This document shows positions 26,073 through 29,327 of a stretch of 29,327 nucleotides of DNA, one piece after another. Made by a program: the position numbers and the translations under genes. The DNA lies in the IMG/VR virus record IMGVR_UViG_3300020045_001744, positions 1-29,327 of that record, one strand, 5' to 3'. Positions within the stretch are counted from its first letter, which is position 1. The number at the start of each line of letters is the position of its first letter. Under the pieces are notes generated by a model. The model was not told where the DNA came from, did no database searches, and saw nothing but the letters and a program-made list of their open reading frames with translations. This DNA comes from a virus. Taxonomy: Duplodnaviria > Caudoviricetes.

Positions 26073-26343
26073 CACGGCTTGAGATGATGATCTGGATTGC
26101 GCCGCCGTTGCCGCCTTCGATCTGCGTTGGCAGAACCTTCCCCATCAGCGTCAAGAATGGGCCGGGGGTTTCGATTGCCTGCAAGGTCAGATAGCCTACA
26201 ATGCCACCGGGACCGCCTGCGGCTTCGGCTGCGGCAAGGATGGCGTCTTTGAGCATGGTGGTGTTTTTGTTGGGGACGCCCTTAGGCCTGCCCTTGCCAC
26301 GGTTTCCCGTATTGACGCCCACTTTTGGCGGATTTTCTGTCAT
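26059..26343 (-). CDS. terS: Probable terminase small subunit
   Basis: GKGRPKGVPNK motif, FLTLMGKVLP; immediately upstream of terL. Confidence 0.75.
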   Translation of the reverse strand: MTENPPKVGVNTGNRGKGRPKGVPNKNTTMLKDAILAAAEAAGGPGGIVGYLTLQAIETPGPFLTLMGKVLPTQIEGGNGGAIQIIISSRDAEL

Positions 26344-26355
26344 AGGCTGTGCCTA

Positions 26356-26652
26356 TCACGCAATGTCGATAGCGGCAATCTTGTCGCCTGTTTTCAGCGG
26401 GCCGATATCGAGGTGTGCGCCGTCGAGGATCACATATCCTGCGGTAATGGTGGCGACGGGGGCTGATCCTACAGCAATGCGCATGTTGCCGCCTTGCGCG
26501 ACGATGCGGGCGTAATCAACCAAAATCGCGCTGATGGTTGAGGCTGCGGACGATGCCGATGTGGTGACGGTCTGTGATGCGTTGGGGTATGGCGCATAAA
26601 CGGGTGCGCCGCCGCCCATGACGCTTCCGAGGGTGATGTGAGCCGATGCCAT
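26356..26652 (-). CDS. Hypothetical beta-rich late protein
   Basis: 98 aa; first ORF after the late promoter; AAAAGGG purine run upstream. Confidence 0.65.
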   Translation of the reverse strand: MASAHITLGSVMGGGAPVYAPYPNASQTVTTSASSAASTISAILVDYARIVAQGGNMRIAVGSAPVATITAGYVILDGAHLDIGPLKTGDKIAAIDIA

Positions 26653-26679
26653 GCGGTGCGCCCTTTTGATTTCGTGGTG

Positions 26680-26708
26680 ATGTTACCGCGTCTTTGGTGG
26701 GTTGTCAA
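26680..26708 (-). promoter_or_regulatory. Near-consensus sigma70 promoter for the packaging/structural operon
   Basis: Minus strand TTGACA (26708-26703), 17 nt, TAACAT (26685-26680). Confidence 0.8.
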
Positions 26709-26712
26709 AGGT

Positions 26713-26807
26713 GCCGCGCCTTTCGGTGGAAAAGTCCGATTGCGCGGCTGCGGGTGTTGGGCCTACCAAGCCGACACCGCCCGCTGATCGCCCGCATTAC
26801 TGGCGGG
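26713..26807 (-). ncRNA. Candidate structured RNA element of three tandem hairpins
   Basis: Minus strand: CCCGC/GCGGG; GGTGT..GGCTT-GGT-AGGCC..ACACC; GCCGCGC-AA-TCGG-loop-CCGA-AAG-GCGCGGC. Fills the gap between the ORF stop and the -35 box. Confidence 0.4.
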
Positions 26808-27005
26808 TCACAGTGTTTCGTCGCCGTTCCATCCGCAATGCCAGCAGTACCATGCGACTGCGGTGGTGTGCGGTCTGATCTTGAGGCATCGCTCGCCAGC
26901 CTTGTCGCGCTTGGGGCTGCATTGCGGGCATGTGGTGCGGGTTGCGTTGCCCGCCGGGGGATTGATCCCAGCGAACATGAGGGCTTGGGAGTGGTGTGGG
27001 GTCAT
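26808..27005 (-). CDS. Stand-alone Zn-ribbon protein (primase zinc-binding-domain-like)
   Basis: RTTCPQCS..R....CL.....WYCWHCGWNG; ATGA-coupled to the methylase. Confidence 0.75.
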   Translation of the reverse strand: MTPHHSQALMFAGINPPAGNATRTTCPQCSPKRDKAGERCLKIRPHTTAVAWYCWHCGWNGDETL

Positions 27006-27985
27006 GCTGCAAACAAGTCCCCCACCGATGCTTCGGCAAGCTGCAAATGATTGTTGGCTTGCTTGGCATATTCCGGCTTCAACTCAAACCCGATATAGCG
27101 GCGCATCATCTTGACGGCCTGATAGCCAGTTGATCCGATACCGTTGAACGGGTCCATCACCACATCACCGGGCTTGGTGTAAAGCCGCAGGCAGTTTTCG
27201 ATTGTGTCCAGTTGCAGCGGGCAAACATGGCGCTCGTCGCCTGCACCCTTGACGCGGTTCAGCACATTGCCTTGCTGAATGTTCATCCAGACCGGGCTTG
27301 CCAGTTTCTGCCACTCGTACACGTCAAATTCGGCATGCTTGATCAATTCTGCCAAGACGGCATCATCCGGCACGGCAGATGCCAATCCGGCGCGGTGCAT
27401 TTCTGTCAGCCACTTGCGGGCGATTGCCAATGCGGTCTTGGTATCACCCGGCGCGCAATGTTCGACCCGATCCGGGTTGTCGCCATCCTTGCGGAAAAAC
27501 AGCATATAGTCCGGCATGCCGACCCGGTTCATGGTGCTGTCTTTGCGGATTTGCTTGTACAGCAGACCAAGAGCCTTGGTGCGCTGCATTTCTACAACCG
27601 GGTCTTTCCAGATAGTCACGCGGCCATGGTAGATCATCCCGGCGTCGGTATGGGCCTTGATCAAGTCGCCCGAGAAGTCCTGCAAGCCAATGGCACCATC
27701 CCGCCCCTTGCGCATTGGCAAGTCGGTGCAATGAACGCACGTCATGCGGCCCGGTTTCATAACGCGGGTCAGTGCCTCGGCAAAGAATTTGTATTGATTG
27801 ATAAACGCCGCGCCAGTTCCGGCATTGCCAAGGTCGCGCTCGCTATCTGAATAGGTGAACAAGTCCCCGAACGGCGGACTGAAAATGGAACAATCAACCG
27901 AACTCTCCGGCATTGCATGCATTCCCTCGATGCAATCAGAATTGTGAATTGCCCATCCTGCGCCTTGGTACTCTGGTTTTTTCAT
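27002..27985 (-). CDS. DNA methyltransferase, N4-C/N6-A beta class
   Basis: DCIEGM, catalytic SPPF, HVCPLQ, SAM-binding DPFNGIGSTG, GFELKPEY; GGAGA RBS; ATGA overlap with the helicase. Confidence 0.92.
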   Translation of the reverse strand: MKKPEYQGAGWAIHNSDCIEGMHAMPESSVDCSIFSPPFGDLFTYSDSERDLGNAGTGAAFINQYKFFAEALTRVMKPGRMTCVHCTDLPMRKGRDGAIGLQDFSGDLIKAHTDAGMIYHGRVTIWKDPVVEMQRTKALGLLYKQIRKDSTMNRVGMPDYMLFFRKDGDNPDRVEHCAPGDTKTALAIARKWLTEMHRAGLASAVPDDAVLAELIKHAEFDVYEWQKLASPVWMNIQQGNVLNRVKGAGDERHVCPLQLDTIENCLRLYTKPGDVVMDPFNGIGSTGYQAVKMMRRYIGFELKPEYAKQANNHLQLAEASVGDLFAA

Positions 27986-29313
27986 TGGTTTTCTCCCTTG
28001 ATCCATGCCGGGAAAGCGAGGTCCAACGGACGATCATACTTCACCCTGACTTTACCATCTGACTGTGCGTTGCGCATGGCGTCGGCCATCCGGCGCTGCA
28101 TTTCCTCGTGCTTTTTTGCCTTTCCGTTGATGATGTTCCAGATGGATGCCTCGGTGTCGCTGATCACGATATCGTTGCGCACCACTTCGGATTGCCCAAA
28201 CCGATGCGACCGACGAACGGCTTGGTAGTGTTGCTCGTAGCTGAAGCTGATCGAGGCAAAAACGGCATGGGCGCAGTGCTGCCAGTTGACCCCGAACCCT
28301 GCGAGTCTGGCCTTGGTCACGATCACGCGATAGGCACCATCTGCAAACCCAAGCAGGCGGCGTTCCTTTTCGTCGGCATCCAGTGACCCATGCACTTCCA
28401 TCGCGCCGGGGATCATTTTTGCCAGCATGGCGCTTTCGTCATTGGTTTCGCACCATACGGTGACGGGCTTGTCATGCGTTGCCAGTGACGCAGCCAACTC
28501 ACACCGCTGCGCCAATGTCAGGCGCTTTTCCGCATGAAACGACGTGGCGGACATTTCAGGGATGCGGAACAGATAACCTTCGGCCACGTCCACCATACGA
28601 TCCGCTTTGACCGTGTGAATGCGGCGGTCCACATCGGGCAGGATGTACCCAGTATCGTCGCCGCCCAGATCCGATGGCAGCGTTGCGCAACGTGACCATG
28701 ACGCAACCCACTGCCAGAAGTCGTCAATAGCGTGACCCTTCAAACGCCAGTCTTGGGACGCTTTGGCCGTGTCATTGATAAACCACTTGGACAGCATTTC
28801 CTGCTGGCGCATCACGCCCAAAAACTCCGCGTGGTTGCCCAACTCAGTGTGATCGTTTGGGCTGGGGGTAGCAGTTGCTGCCAGCTTGTAGGGCGTGTCG
28901 ATAAAAGCCTCTTGGATCATGGCGCGGGTACGGCCTGCGTATGATTTCAGGATGCTGCTTTCGTCAAGGATAACAGCCCCAAACGATGTTGGGTCCAGTT
29001 TGGCAAGGCGTTCATAATTTGCGACCATGATGCCCGCGCCGACTTCGGATTGGTCGCGGATTTGGCGCGCGGCGATGTTGAACTTTTCGCCTTCGCGGAT
29101 CATCTGGCCTGCGACAGCAAGCGGCGTCAAGATGATCGAAGGCTTTCCGGTTTCGTCTGCGCATTGGCGCGCAAACTCCAGCTCAATGAAAGACTTGCCC
29201 AGACCCGTGTTGAGAAACGCGGCAGACTTGCCTTTTGCCAACGCATATTCCAGCGTTTTGGCTTGGTGCATTTTGGCAAGCGGATTGATCGGCGCGGGGG
29301 TAAATCCTGCCAT
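27982..29313 (-). CDS. SNF2/SF2 helicase-like ATPase
   Basis: Walker A TGLGKS, NYE, Walker B LDESS, motif III TATP, GFGVNWQ, motif VI QAVRRSHRFGQ. Confidence 0.92.
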   Translation of the reverse strand: MAGFTPAPINPLAKMHQAKTLEYALAKGKSAAFLNTGLGKSFIELEFARQCADETGKPSIILTPLAVAGQMIREGEKFNIAARQIRDQSEVGAGIMVANYERLAKLDPTSFGAVILDESSILKSYAGRTRAMIQEAFIDTPYKLAATATPSPNDHTELGNHAEFLGVMRQQEMLSKWFINDTAKASQDWRLKGHAIDDFWQWVASWSRCATLPSDLGGDDTGYILPDVDRRIHTVKADRMVDVAEGYLFRIPEMSATSFHAEKRLTLAQRCELAASLATHDKPVTVWCETNDESAMLAKMIPGAMEVHGSLDADEKERRLLGFADGAYRVIVTKARLAGFGVNWQHCAHAVFASISFSYEQHYQAVRRSHRFGQSEVVRNDIVISDTEASIWNIINGKAKKHEEMQRRMADAMRNAQSDGKVRVKYDRPLDLAFPAWIKGENQ

Positions 29314-29327
29314 GTTGGCAACCGGGG

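Noticed and set aside
26695-26780. tRNA gene (minus strand ends in ...CCACCA)
   Set aside because: No matching acceptor stem or TTCGA T-loop. The CCA lies within the promoter spacer.
27002-29313. Type III RM, DISARM or BREX-like defence system
   Set aside because: No nuclease or other system components in the window. The context is a phage replication-to-packaging junction.
1-29327. Integrase, att site or host flanking genes
   Set aside because: None recognisable, so lifestyle (temperate vs lytic) cannot be determined from this window.

Overview
This window is about 29 kb of a GC-rich, P22-like podovirus or prophage. The host is probably alphaproteobacterial (inference from GANTC depletion). 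It has two convergent arms. The + arm (~226-5294) is a chain of small, translationally coupled early/accessory ORFs, including an Nmad5-family gene, built from reshuffled modules. The - arm runs: SNF2-like helicase, N4/N6 DNA methyltransferase, Zn-ribbon protein, a late sigma70 promoter, TerS/TerL, portal, scaffold, P22-type coat, gp4/gp10-like tail proteins, ejection proteins, several fibre/tailspike proteins, then holin, SAR endolysin and spanins. At the left end, a divergent control region appears to drive a leaderless ribbon-helix-helix repressor and carries three operator-like boxes. The most notable items are: (1) a clear Tad1-family immune-signal sponge inserted inside the lysis cassette behind a structured leader; (2) a tailspike with two tandem beta-helix depolymerase-like domains; (3) a three-hairpin candidate RNA element next to the late promoter; (4) frameshift and deletion scars showing module shuffling in the early arm. 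No integrase, reverse transcriptase, tRNA or CRISPR array was seen. All family calls come from motif recognition, not database searches.
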